A stretch of DNA of 51,354 bases from Chlorokybus atmophyticus (lineage: Eukaryota; Plantae; Mesostigma and Chlorokybus algae). A program made the translations under genes and the position numbers. The DNA is taken from contig RHPI01003536.1 of NCBI GenBank assembly GCA_009103225.1, forward strand, positions 185,844 through 237,197, written 5' to 3'. This document shows, in pieces, positions 38,660 through 51,354 of the stretch (the stretch's first letter is position 1; the number at the start of each line of letters is the position of its first letter). The notes below the pieces were generated by a model. The model was not told where the DNA came from and searched no databases. It saw only the letters and a list, made by a program, of their open reading frames with translations.

Positions 38660-40331
38660 TAATGCCACGCCCACAGTACATGTTGAACAGCAATCATGCC
38701 ACTCTGGCTCAAATTTACAAGTCTTTTGTAATCACGACAGTTGCTAAGTGCGCGGGTGTGTTTGTGGTGGTGTGCCAGAAGTATTACATGGAACAATTGC
38801 ATGCAGAGTTAGCACAGCCAACCTATTCACTGCAGAACAACACATGCCAAGTCGCACAACGCCAACTTACAAGCTGCATCAAGTAATATTACAGCATGTT
38901 AAGTTCAAAAAGCACACAACTCTGATCAGTGGACGTTACGAGTCATACAGCGTTTACCACATTTTTACATGAAGATGCATAGAGACAGACACCACCCAAG
39001 CCACGTTTTATTGCAACTGCATCTTAAACAAGCCCAACTGACGTGTCCATATGATTGATTAGCGCTGACAAATGCATGCTACCCGTTGTGCATGCTGTGT
39101 GGTACAAAAAAATTGATTGACGCAGGCAATAAGTGCAGTATAAACAATCTTTATTACTCACCATTTTAAACTTTTGCGGCACTATGTCAATACACACACC
39201 ACGCAGCATGACAAGCAGTCAGCAAACCATTGTGCACATTGGACTTCACCACATCGTAATAAGTGCAGTATAAACAATCTTTATTACTCACCATTTTAAA
39301 CTTTTGCGGCACTATGTCAATACACACACCACGCGGCATGACAAGCAGTCAGCAAACCATTGTGCACATTGAACTTCACCACATCGTACACAAAAATACA
39401 TCACCAGCAATGCGTAAATGCATGGCAACTTTTGTTAATTGAATATTTGATATCTATTTCAAGTCCACCATTCATTTTTGCTGCTAAATTTCAAGGACAA
39501 CATTCTCACGCATTAATGGTGTCGTATCATGCAAGCACGCCTGACAGTCACGCAGCGTGTGTTCACAGCTAGCACGCTAACAGAGCATTTAAACTATGTA
39601 TGAGATAATTTGTACAAGCGGCGCAGAGCGTGGTCGTTGTAAGTCAAGCAAGTCGTTGGAACACCCATGCCATGGAGAAATAATTAGCCAAGACACCTGC
39701 GTTGTTGCCGGGCAACAACGCAGGTGTTTTCTTGGTCAATTATTTCTTGTTCACATATAAATTCAGTCTTATGCGTAGTTTGATAGCTCTCGGGGATCAA
39801 GCCCTGGTGGTTAAGTTTGCTTGCAGCATTGTGAGTTATGTGGATGATTTGTTTGTTAACAACATCGGTGATCATCAAGATGTCATGTATCAGTCACAAT
39901 CAGCTTTAGCCCGTGGCATTTATCCACAGCACATGTTACAATTGAATGAGTCAGCGTCAGGGGTGACAATGCCGTTTTTGGATTTACAAGTGTTTCAGCA
40001 ACCCATCATTGGTCTTAGCATTGCACTGTACAACAAGAAAAAGCAGCCACAATTTCAAGCTACCCCTGTTACATGTGCACCGCACCCCCATTTCAATCTG
40101 CACAAGAGTTGTAAGTATGGGGTCACCAACAGCCAGTACGTCCATTTTGCACGTGTGTGTTTGTTCAAATCAGATTTTGTGGCAAGCATGTCTGAGCTCA
40201 TCCATGGCATGTCCAAGCAAGGTTAGAATGTTCTTCGTATGTTGGCCAAGCTGCGTGGTCGTATATTCAGAACAGCGGGGTTGTATGGGTTGCATGCGAA
40301 GCACTTGTACCACATGGTGGCACGCAAAGTG
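38660..40331 (+). mobile_element. Decayed Penelope-like element reverse transcriptase
   Basis: Fragments in order: FVITTVAKCAGVFVVVCQKYY; RLPHFYMKMH..KPRFIA; LCTLNFTTSYTKI; QVVGTPM; SYVDDLF; GIYP; PFLDL; LYNKK; KYGVTNSQYVHFARVC..DF. Many stops and frameshifts. Confidence 0.8.
39128..39387 (+). repeat. 130-bp tandem duplication inside the PLE RT remnant
   Basis: 39128-39257 and 39258-39387 are nearly identical. Confidence 0.95.
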
Positions 40332-41555
40332 GAGACATTGCGGGGAGCATGAGTCCCATGCCCGCTTTTATTGCAATTTGTGATGCCCGTATCCGGCTAA
40401 TATGACACATTCGTTGCACTCGTTTTCGCCCTTGCAGCCGATTCAGCTCCCAACGGCACAAGGCCCAGCCGCCACAGTTGGCACTGCCCAGTTCTGGCAG
40501 TTGCTAACGTGTGGCGCCCGTGTTTTAGATGGGCCGCCATGCAAGCTGTCCTCGCCTCTGCCTGCGCTTACCTCGCTGCTGCTGTGCTTGCATTGTGTGG
40601 TGTTGATGTTGTTACCAAGTTGCAGATTTTAGGGGCCTGGGTCAGCCCGGTGCTGTTATTGCTGTTGCTATTGTCAACTTGCCTTGTAACTATTCTCACC
40701 GCATCCTGTGCCTTGTTTGGTGTGCTGCCTGTACAAACAATGCGGGGCGTGCTTGCTCATGCATCTCATGCACATGTCATCACGCAGACAGCAACCAGCA
40801 GCAGGCGCACACTCTCACATATTTCCAACCACCGGGCTACACTACTACATCTAGGCCAACTACACCACCACCCCGTTAGTCATGCAAGCATGCATGCAGC
40901 AAAATGTAATCACCTGTACAAGCACGAGTAGCAGCGTCAATGACGGCAGTCAACGGCTGTAGTGTGGCAGCAGCAGCAACGCAACATGCAGCACCGCAAC
41001 GGCTCTCCCTCCCTCCCTCTCTCCCTCCCTCCTTCTCTCCGTCACCCTCACCCTCCTTCCACGCCCTCTCTCTCTTCCCTCCCCTCCCCCTCCTCCTCCT
41101 CCTCCCACTCCGCCGCTGTTGCCGTCGCAACCCTTGCTGTTGCTGGTCGGGCAGGGCCCCTCTGCCCCGGCCCTCAGGCCTCCCCCTTCCCGTGCATTGA
41201 CAGTAGCTCCTGCTCCGGTTAGGTTTGCAGATTGTTGGGTTAGGTGGTGGGTGTGCGCTTGCAAACGCATACTATTGCGTTTTGTGCCTATATGTGACAT
41301 ATATAAAGTGCGCACTAAGTGAGTTCGAGACAGCCTGAGTAACAAATCTATTTATCTATATGACATCAACATACACAAGATGTCCGTGGTAAGTCTTCCC
41401 ACAACCTGTCTAAATTGGCATAAAAGCCACTAAGCATTGTAAAACAAAGCTCAACTAACAATGCAGCAACTATACAAGAACGTTTTTGCAAAGAATGCCA
41501 AAAACAGCATCTAATTGTTCTCTCAACCAAAGCCGATGCAAGTGCACAACCTCAC

Positions 41556-44499
41556 TTACAAGCCTATTTCTTGCCGGTACTTGCGACTGGGCAGCACAGG
41601 CCTCTTGCGCTTCTTTCGCGTGCAGTGCTCTTCGCACCACATCTGCAAAACACCAAAGAGTAAGCACCTGAACAAGCTATGCAACCATGTACAGAAGGGC
41701 ACGTGCATGTGCAAGCGCGCACACATACACGCGCGTGCAGATTTGCATCAACTGCTAACGTAATGTATGTACCTCGCACGGATCGCAGCAGCCTTCGCAG
41801 CAGCACTTGCACCAGTACTTGCAGCAGCACACGCCGCAGAATATAATGCACGCAATCAGCACAATGCCGCCCAGCAGCCCAATAGGCCAGCCGTACTTCT
41901 GTCCATAGTACTCCTGCGAAAGATCCCTCCCGCACTTCTGCGTGTCGCTTTGTGATGGCGCGCATGTGTCATAAGTGAAGAATGTCCCGTTGTTCTCAGA
42001 CCTCCCAACAAAACGTACGCAAGCCGCTGCAACACGAAGCGACAGTCAGCTAATGCAACAACTATGCCGAGCTCAGCAAAAAAGTTGTTTGTTAGATGAA
42101 CATCTGATGCATACATGTTGCAGCGAAGTGGCACACAACTACAGGCTGCATGCTTTTGTTGGAGATTGATCAGAATGCACTTCATCCCAGCAAACGGCAG
42201 CACTCACGATTTTCTCCATTATCGATGACTTCCAGTATGCCATACTGCCCTCCGCCATACGAAGATGCACTTGGAAACCAGTTGTACCAGTGCCGCGACC
42301 CTTGGGCTTGCCAGATGCCGTGGCTGTACGGGCCACCTTTGCAACTCCCTAACCTATCCTGCAATGCGCACATGTACACAGAGTTTGTGAGTGTTAGCGT
42401 ACTTATGATTGCAGCCGCGTCTCTTGTACACAACACCATCTAGCATAACCTGAAGACAGTACTGTACCAGTGCAGCCGCTTGAAAGACAGGAATGTTGCC
42501 CGGGCTGTTGGAGCCATCATCAAACGCCACCATGTGGGCATCCCCAGCCACAATGAGCAACTTGGAGCGCAGGTTGTTCGCATTGACAAAATCCACAATC
42601 GACTGTCGTTCGTTTGCGTATTGACTCCATCCATCACCATCGTTCCCAACCCACGGGACCGTACTCATCCACACGATCCTTGAGTACTTGTTTGCACTTG
42701 ACAGCTCGTCCTGCAAAGCTCACAACTTGTTCAGTTGCATGCACACATGCCTTCATCACGGAGACCAAGGCTGGGCATATATGAGCTGCGCTCATCAGCA
42801 CAACATGTCTTGTATAAATGTGAGCTACACAACACTCACTTTCAGCCACTGGAGCTGCGTAGCACCCAACATTGTCTTTGAAGCGGATTGCGGCTGGTTT
42901 TCAGGGGTCCGCGCCGCACGCAAGTCGGTCAGAATGAAGCGCACGCGGCCAATTGTGAAAGCCTGCAGTCCATTCACAATGTTAGCAAAAACCTACAGGC
43001 AGCAGCACATGGATACGTCCGCCTGCAGCTTGCTTACCTGATAGTTGGGCTGGTTGTTGCCTGTATTGCCGAGAGAATAGTATGGAACAAACGCTCTGTA
43101 CATGGCGATTGCGGCGTCGTGGCTGGGAGATGTTGCATCTGCATTGTTTGTACCGTAATCGTGGTCATCATACATGTAAGCTATGGGGGTGTTCTTCCAT
43201 AAGCTAGCCTGCACCAAGGAGAAACAAACCTTACTGCTACATTGATGCATGCCTGGCATGGTAACATGCATGAAGATGCAATCAATCATACCTGGCGCTC
43301 GCTCTCAAAAACCTTTAAGTATGCGTTCACAAATTTGGTCTGGTCGTTCGAATTGATGTCCTCATAATGCAGGTCACCCATATGCAAGAACAGAAGCACC
43401 TAAACACAAGACGATGCATTTACACGACTGTGACTGTCAAGTTCTGCATGCATGCATGCAGGCAGGCAGGCAGGCGATGCTCATAGGTCCATGCGTTTCA
43501 TGTATAAACCACTTTCTACACTGAAAGTTACAACACCTCAACAACAGACTAAGCCAAAAGCTGGAGCTTAATCATAGCTTATAGCTTGTAACTGGACTCA
43601 TAGCTTGATTATAAACGCATGCAGCAGCGTCACATGCATGTTTACACGCTTGATGAAACAAGTGCATGCGAAGCTGCATGCACGCGGTTCTCCTGTCTGC
43701 ATGTGACGTTCCATCTGAAACATGCTGAAGACAACTGTTTTACAAGATGTCGTAGTTGCATTTTCAATGTAGGAGATTGATGAATAAGTCAATTACCTCT
43801 TCCTGCGCAATGCTCTCAAAAACCTTCCTGTTGCTGCCTGTGCTCGCGCACGAAGCCAAGCCTATCTTGAAGCTCGCCGCCAGGCCGTCCGCAACGGTCG
43901 TAGTGAAGCGGCCATTGGCATTATCAACACCAGACATGGCATAGTAGTACACTGTGTTTGCCTGCAGCTTTGTAAGCTGAAACTTGTGCACCTGCCGTAT
44001 AGACACATAATAAGATAACATATAATAGCGACAACTCAACGCCATGAGCAATCACACAACTACAAAGTGACAGGCATGCATAAGTTTGTGCACACGCAGG
44101 CGCGCGCGCGCATGCGTACACAAACCCAAGGACAAGCACAAGCACGAACACAAGTACAAACACGAGAGACACATACCCACACATGCACATACAAGTACGA
44201 CTGCAAGTGGCTGTAGTACACACCTGAGAGGCAGGCGCCGGAACCGAGATGGGCTGCGAGCTCACGGAGGTTGTGCCCGAGGCTAGGGAGGCGTCCTGGC
44301 TGTAGACGAGGGTGAGGGGTGAGCTCTGAGCGGGGCTGACGGTGGCCTTGACGGTGACGGAGTCCGACGTCAAACCGCCCAGCCACAGTACTTTGGCTGT
44401 GGAAGCAGCAGCGACAAGCGTTGGAGCTGAAACCAGCAGCCAAAGCTGTGCAAGCAGCAACAGCTGTGGCAGCACCACAGCTGTACTACACACCCTCAT
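41556..44499 (-). CDS. PhoD-like alkaline phosphatase / metallophosphoesterase with signal peptide, C-terminal TM helix and Cys-rich tail
   Basis: Signal peptide MRVCSTAVVLPQLLLLAQLWLLVSA; LASCA; LFLHMGDLHYEDI; YMYDDHDYG; RFILTDLR; TMLGATQLQWLK; DGWSQYANER; GDAHM. Then WPIGLLGGIVLIACIIFCGVCCCKYWCKCCCEGCCDPCE and a final exon ending at TAA 41556-41558. Confidence 0.88.
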
Positions 44500-44887
44500 A
44501 CTGAATTTCTACTTGACCAATCGGCCCATGGCCCACCCGACCCGAGGTGACTGCCACGTCCCTGCCGCCCACAGCCGCCGCCACCGCCAGCGCCACCGCC
44601 AGCTATGCCCACAGCTATGCCCGCCAGCAACGTGCATGAACTTGATTTTGAAATCAAATCATGCATGCATGACTCATGCTGCATGAGCATGTAATGGTAT
44701 AACGACGGCGGTCAATAGCTGCATTGCTAAATGGCTCAACGCATACGGCTTTTAGCATACCAAGCTCATCGTGGCAAAAGAAATAGACGGTACCAGCATG
44801 TGCGTCTCGCAAATGCCAAAGCGAGACGCTGATAACAGCCACAAGTATGCTTATAGCCATCAGCTTGCAGCCCGCGTGTACACTACC

Positions 44888-47198
44888 ATGCCTACAGCGA
44901 TGTTGCGGGCGGTGGCGGCGGCGGGATGGCCCGCGAGGCGTTTCTCCTTGGCAGCTGCGGTGAATTGTTTGGACAGTAGCAGCAGGCTTTTTGCCAGCTG
45001 TGCTGCGCCTTCTTACGACGGCACCGGCAGCGCTGAGCAGCAGCAGCAGCAGCCTTCTGCTGCCGCTGTCGCAGACTCCAGCGCAGCAGCTGCACAGGAC
45101 GCTGCGCCTGCTCCTGAGGTTGAACAGCTTCGCTCGCACAACGCGGATGAAGACCATGACAACAGGGAGACTGCCGCCCAGGAAAGCAGCAGCCGCCCTC
45201 CGCACGCTAGGGCCGCCTTCCGACAGCAGGACGACCAGCGTCGGGGGAAACGTTTTGACGGTACACACTGCATGCTGCTGGCATTGCTCGCATAAGTGCA
45301 TTCGCTTAAAATGCAATGTGTACACAAACCAGTGGAAGCATATATACACATTGGAGCACATACAGAAGGTTCGAGAATTATTCCATAGTCCTGCTCGCAT
45401 GGGTTGTTTGGTAGTGACACAGCCATTGTCGTAGCTTACCAGTGCAGCTGATATGCACGCGTGCATCCCGGCATACATGCATGCGTGCTTGCCGTCTCAG
45501 TGCTGATCAGTCATACATGCTTAAGTCAAGCTTGCATTCAACCATCCCTTAGATTTTGGTTTCAATGCATGCGCAATGCATGTTTGTAAATGCACGCTGG
45601 AGCAACAATGTATTCATTATAATTTGAAGTTGATGAATGATGGTGATGATAGTTAAACTGATAGCGAGTTGATTGTCGGTTCAGGCCCTGCGGGCCCCAG
45701 CCGAAGCGACGATGTGATCCGCATACGTCACGCGCCTCGTCATGCTCTGCCCGAGGACATTGTGCACTTTGTCAACTGTCCGGACATTCCCGTCACCATA
45801 GGCGATGTGCACCTCGCATATGATGCATTGATGCGCCGCGGCTTCTGGTAAGCCACTTTTCAGCTGTACACATCAATGTAGCAGGCATTGGGCTCTATAA
45901 TCTCACCAGTGGTTTGTCTTGGAAGTTCCGTATGCATACGCAGTGATATGCAGAACAGCGTAGTGTAAAGCACTTGAGTCACTGTAGCCTGTGTACATGA
46001 TATGATCTGCCGGTACATGTTTGAGATTGACAAGCGCTATGCTCTGCCCTTTTGGAGTCTTACACATGTAAAGCAGTTTTCGCTTGTAGGAGGGCGCTGA
46101 GGAGATGATAACTAAGTGCTGATGTAGTGTTTGAGGATTTTAAACCTCTTTCCATGCGCTTAATGCTGTGAACTAGCAATCAGCCAGTCTATGTGCAGGT
46201 ATGTTGATCTTAAAGGTGTGGACCCTGCAAAGCTTGAGACTGCTTTTGAAGTGGCATACAAGAAGGATCAACAGAGATTGGGCACCAAACGTCTTGGCAT
46301 TGACAGAGTACGTGTGGTGCAATGCCCTACTGTGTTGCAAGGGCTCTTATGTTGTAGAGTCTGGTGTAAATCTGTCATGTTGGTACGCAGGTTCCTCGCC
46401 GCGAGATGGAAGGTGCTCTGAAGGCAATCCCTCGTGATCGTATAGACCGCGCAGTACGTGACCATCAACCTTGAAATGTGTGCTTCGACCAGTGCAATTG
46501 ATCTTTCAGCTCTGGAATTTCTTGCACTCATGGGGCACGTACCGTCACGCGCACACATAACCACATGCTTGCTGCGTGCACGATGCTGCTTTTGTCTTGA
46601 GACACACACAAATGCACACGAACACGCACAAGCACGCACACATGCATGGTGCTAGTGCCTTCAAGTGCTCTCCTGACATTCCATGTTGAACCAGCATTGC
46701 ATTGACTGTTTGGTGTGCAGGGTGACGTATGTTAAGCCTTGATGTGCTGTTGCTTCATGAGTTGTGCGTGTTGATTAAGGTGTTGTTGTGTGCAGGTTAG
46801 CGTTGTGTCATTACCTCCTGAGACCACAGTGGAAGACTTGGAGCGCATGTTTGAAGGCTACGACCTGGACTTTCATCCTGTTGTCCTTCGCAAAGGGTAT
46901 GTCTAAAGTACAACAGCTTATCACCTCAAAACACCATTCCACTAACCCAAACGCAGATGCTAAATGCTTCTGCCACTGGATGCGACATTAGTTGACAGTG
47001 ACGGTGATGATGCTGTTACTGTCGCTGACTCAGCGGAACAAACCTTTTGGCAGAGGTGAACAGAGAGGCAGCTATCCCAATGATCGCCGGGCATTTGTTT
47101 ACTTCAGCTCGGCGGTTGAGGCGCAGCGAGCCGCGCGCGACAGGCATCGCACGTTCATTGTGTCACGCCTGACTTCCGTGAAGCCGTTGCACAAATGA
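44888..47198 (+). CDS. Probable organelle-targeted RNA-binding protein with two RRM-like folds
   Basis: Arg/Ala/Ser-rich transit-peptide-like N-terminus; VIRIRHAPRHALPEDIVHF; VSVVSLPPETTVEDLERMFEGYDL; RRAFVYFSSAVEAQRAAR. GT/AG boundaries are present. Head-to-head with the PhoD gene. Confidence 0.65.
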
Positions 47199-47204
47199 GA
47201 GGTT

Positions 47205-47232
47205 GGGGGGGGAGGGGGGGGGGGGGGGGGGN

Positions 47233-47270
<38 letters not shown>
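47205..47270. repeat. Poly(G) tract with an assembly N at 47232
   Basis: Directly visible, just after the stop codon of the RRM-like gene. Confidence 0.9.
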
Positions 47271-47271
<1 letters not shown>

Positions 47272-48415
47272 GATTGGGTGGCTTTTGGTGGGTTCTCACA
47301 TGGTGTACCTCTCTGTACCACGCACTGGGATGTTTTGCTCAACACCAATTGTTGGCATGTTGAGGTGAGGTTGCGGTGAAGGTGATGAGCAATGCACCTG
47401 TATGAGGTTGCTGTGGAATGCTATATGCACGCGCGCACGCGCCCTTAGTCCTGACACTCAATAGCCTCAACGTGTGCATGAGGAAATCTTTGACCGCGAT
47501 TACAAGCTTATATGATGGGATGTAGCATACATTGTAACTGTGTTGATGGAGACTAGTGTTAGGCGTTTTGCGTTGCATGTGCGTGAGTATACAAAGTTCG
47601 TATGCCACATATACCGCATGCATAGGGTATAAGCCATATTTCAAACATGCACATACACACTCACACAAATCCTTGCATACTGTATTATATAAACTCCACA
47701 AACCAGCTAGAGGCAAGCAAGCAAACCAACAGGCAGTCACAGTTATATAACACCCAGGGCACTACTATGCTATGTGCTTCTATGTGTAATGCAATGAGTT
47801 TTGGTGGGTGGTTGAGGCAGGCAGCAGCGGCAGCAGGGCAACGTACGAAGCAACCAAAGAAGCAACCAACCTGAGGTGCACAGGTCGGCAACAGTCAGCG
47901 TAGTGTGTAGAGGAGGCAGAAGCAAGCAGTTGGATGTGACGTTGTATGCTGTGACGTGCTGTGCTCTACGCCCGCCCCCTTCCCCGCCCCCTTCCCAGCC
48001 TCATGCATAGGCTTTCCAACAATTGCAACACAATGTAAGGCACCAGCAAGCACACCAGCCAGCACACCAACAGGCACACCAGCAAGGACTGCATGTGCGG
48101 GTGTGCCTCGTTCAAACATTATCGGAACACAAACACAAGTATTTCGCCGCTACATCGGTTACCATGAGCACAAACCAGCACAACAGCTGACATAGACACT
48201 GAGCATTGGTGCGTTCTCCCACTTCGTTTGTTGACGACGGAGTTGACAATAAAACCTGTTGTTGATATCAATCGCCAAGTGACGGAAAAGTATGTCAGCT
48301 CAAAGCAAAGCAAATCGCATTCACCTACGCCGACCGCCGACGTTTGACGTGCCATGCGGCCAGGTGTTGGCTTGCTATCGCAGCCGTTGCGGCGGCAGTG
48401 GCGGCGGCGGCGGTC

Positions 48416-50417
48416 ATGCCGTCGTCGGGGTTGTCCTCTTCCTCGTCCTCGCCGTCTTCGTCTAGCTCCAAGAGCGACGGTGCGCGAGGCAGGCGCAAGC
48501 GCAAGAGACGCACCTCAAGGTAAGGGCTCAGCTGAGAGCAATGGCTGCATTGCGCAGCAAGCTTGGTCGAGATCCTACTTGTGAAACACTCGACTCGAAA
48601 CCATATTGCTGATAGTATCAACCCGTGTAAGAAACCTTGCTGTTTGGCCTGTGGGTTGCGTCAATCATAAGCAACGTTTCCAGCACATGAGGTCAAAGCT
48701 CATTCAAGTAAATTCAACTCAGTCCTTGCTGTTATTATTTGTAGTCTTCACCTTTTTGCGCCTGTCGTGAATCTAAAGCAGAACAGCTTTGTTTTCATGG
48801 CCAAGTCAGCGTGACAGCGGCCATTGATGTAGGTTGTTAGTCATGTTGTTATTTGCCAGTGCACTTGTCATCTATACACGATTGTCTCATCAGCTTGATG
48901 TGAACAGCAAGCGATATTGGTGGAGGTTTCCGCATGGTTGATGCTTTTGATATTAGGCTTATGAATCCTTGCTGGGACATTTTGACATTGACATTTTCAT
49001 TTTGCATGCGTTCCAATTGGAAGTCGCAAGCGGAAATCAGAGTCCGACAGCTCCGATATCGAGCTGAAAGCAAAGCCTGCGGACAAGTCAAAATTGCGCG
49101 AAAAGCGAAAACGCAGGTATAGCACATTGCTGTATTTTGTTGCTGTCTTGCTAACATGTACAGGTAGTTGATGTTAGGCATTACTTGTACTGCTCTACAC
49201 AATGTATTGCAACGACTAGTAACCTCTGGTTTGGTTTGTTCGTCATTGTATCAGCATTTCAAGTAGCGGCAGTGATAGCAGCGATGATGAGCGGAGAACG
49301 AAGCGAAGTCGGGAAAAGCTGAGCAAAGTGAGTGCATGAATGTGGGCTTGTCTCTGTGTCTGGACGATGAACACTTGAAATGTGTGTATGATTGTAATGC
49401 ACATTGTTGCACAATTGTACAGTGTGCATGTGAGTAGCACGGTGCGTTGTGCATGTGCATGCGTGCTTGCACATTGCATTGGCAGTCACTTGATGCTATG
49501 GCACCTCCAGGGTTGCTGAGTTGTATGCTTGATGTTATTTGTGAATGAAACTGATAAAACCACATGTGTCCTGATTATGCTGTGCAGAAAAGGAAAAGCA
49601 GGGATAAGGACCGATCACATAAGTCTAAGGATAAGCGGAGCAGCAAAGATGGCGACAAACAGAAAAGGAAGCGTGATAAGGTGTGTGCCAGCAGCCCAAT
49701 GCACGTGTCAACACGAACTTAGTTGTTTTCTGACTTTGCTAACAATCACTAGAGTGTATTCGCCGATTTGGTCAATACAGCAATATATGCCAAGTGCTGA
49801 CCTGTCTCCTTCTTGCGGGTCCCTTTTTGGGAGTTGCCTTTTCTTGCACATCAAATTTGGTGCGGGTTGCGGGACTGGCGGTCCAATTGCTGCCCCAAAT
49901 CGGCGGCTGCGATGCCTTTAGGCTAAGACGCGCAAGGGTAGCCCCGTGCAGCTCTCCAAGGTGTGTTGTTGTCTGTGTGGGCATGCGCATATGTGCGAGC
50001 GCCTCAGTGTGTGCATGCCTCTGCATGCTTGTGGATGTGCTTACGCGTGCAGATGCAGACATGTGGTTGCGCCCGAATGTGCATGCGTGCGTGTGCTTGC
50101 GAATAAGTGCATCAGCCGCCAGGCTTCTGAGTCAGTCAATGACTTGTACACTGTGCTAATGTGCACTTATGCAACAGTTCATGCAACAAGGTGATGATGG
50201 AGCCCGGCGGAGCGCTATATCGGGCAAGAAGGTTTGTCTGTCATGATGCCTGCCGATTCGTGATTTGCAAATGCGCACACGTGTAAAGCTCGGTTCCTAA
50301 CCCACCTTTTCATCACGTGCCCAGATCAAAATGAAGGTTGAGAAAACCAAAGAGGACAAGGCTGCGGAAGAGAACAGGCAGAAATTGCTGCGCTTCCTCA
50401 ACTCAACTTATGACTGA
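48416..50417 (+). CDS. Small Ser/Lys/Arg-rich, probably nuclear protein of unknown function
   Basis: Exons splice in frame to MPSSGLSSSS..RRKRKRRTS, KRKSRDKDRSHK, PVQLSKF, RRSAISGKKIKMKVEKTKEDKAAEENRQKLLRFLNSTYD. The C-terminus looks like a conserved motif, but no family name is claimed. Confidence 0.7.
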
Positions 50418-51276
50418 ATGTGCACGCCAACGCTCCTGTCAGGTGTGCTCTCCCCTTCTCTGTGTGTGTGGCCAATGCAAGCTGCAGCTTGCAGCTTGCT
50501 CAAGTGTTGAGCATGAGGCAAATATTTCGTTTTGCAGAAGCTGACTGGTATTACTTACTGAGTGTAGTCAGCCGAAACAGCAGCATAGTCAGCCATTGGC
50601 GGATCTACATACTGCCGCCCGCACACGCAGCCACGCAGCATTGAGAAAGAGTGCAGTTGAGTAGATTTGCTTCTGGAAGGCTTGATCAAGGGGTTCGCTT
50701 AGTCACGGCCTGAGGTGAAAGTTTCTGCTTGCATGGCAGGATAGTACGTTTGTGCATTGGCTTGGAAATGCGCCGTTGTGTGCAGTTGGCCGTTCTGCCG
50801 TATATACAGACAATTTGTACGCAATCTGCAAGCAACGCATATGTGTGTGTGCATGCGTGCGTGCGTATGTGTCATGCAGTATGCACATCACTCAACAGTA
50901 ATATAAATCATCGTTGTTACCACCGGGCTATGCTACTTCGCTACTCTACACCAACTAGCCTTCCCCGTTAGACATGCACATGGACACTAATGCCATTACC
51001 TGCCTACATGAGCTGCTGTGATCCGGTGGTGTCAACGGCAAGCAAGTCCACAGCAAACACGAGGACTCCCTCCCTCCTGCTCTGCCTCTCTCCCGCCACA
51101 CTCTTCGCTCTGCAGCTCATGCTGCTCCCTTGACCGCTACTCTACCCCAATCCTTGCGGTGCAGTGCCAATGTCAGCACTGCACCGCACAGTGCCGGGTG
51201 GTAGTGGTGGTGGCAGTCAAGGGTTGGTGGCAGTTAGGTGCTGCTGGTAGAATTGTACATACAATGCGAAACGGCA

Positions 51277-51277
<1 letters not shown>

Positions 51278-51354
<77 letters not shown>
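51278..51354. repeat. (GT)n microsatellite running to the window end
   Basis: Directly visible. Confidence 0.95.

Noticed and set aside
40509-40931. Hydrophobic 140-aa ORF after the PLE remnant
   Set aside because: No family motif or convincing gene structure; may be PLE 3' sequence or a chance ORF.
7343-44499. Possible phosphate-acquisition cluster (PHO88-like plus PhoD)
   Set aside because: The genes are over 30 kb apart with unrelated genes between them, and PHO88/SND3 is an ER-targeting factor rather than a phosphate enzyme.
47099-47348. Poly-proline ORFs
   Set aside because: Translation of the poly(G) tract, which contains an assembly N.

Overview
Intron-rich eukaryotic DNA. The plant-type MED25, GT-AG introns and a DNMT-bearing Ty3/Gypsy element suggest a streptophyte (charophyte-type) alga; this is an inference. 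Eight multi-exon host genes are supported: a secreted NIDO-domain protein, a PHO88/SND3-family protein, an SLC35A-type nucleotide-sugar transporter, STRAP, MED25, a PhoD-like phosphatase, an organellar RRM-like protein and a small Ser/Lys/Arg-rich protein. They flank a gene-free, transposon-rich island at about 22.8-40.4 kb. The centrepiece is a 12,012-bp minus-strand Ty3/Gypsy retrotransposon (25661-37672, 4-bp target duplication AGTT). It encodes Gag, an unknown region, protease, a C5 DNA methyltransferase, RT, RNase H, a DDE integrase and a C-terminal PHD finger. Its termini are not ordinary LTRs. In coding orientation the layout is B-internal-A-B-A-B-A (split, tandem direct repeats). The TG...CA integration ends correspond to a palindromic CA-GC-TG junction that lies inside the repeat unit. 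A 12-bp direct repeat marks both the PPT and PBS boundaries, and the PBS is complementary to the predicted transcript 5' end (self-priming). This suggests DDE integration by cleavage of an internal att junction in a circular or concatemeric cDNA, the best candidate for an undescribed system here. A decayed Penelope-like element lies to the right of it. Exon boundaries were read by eye and are approximate.
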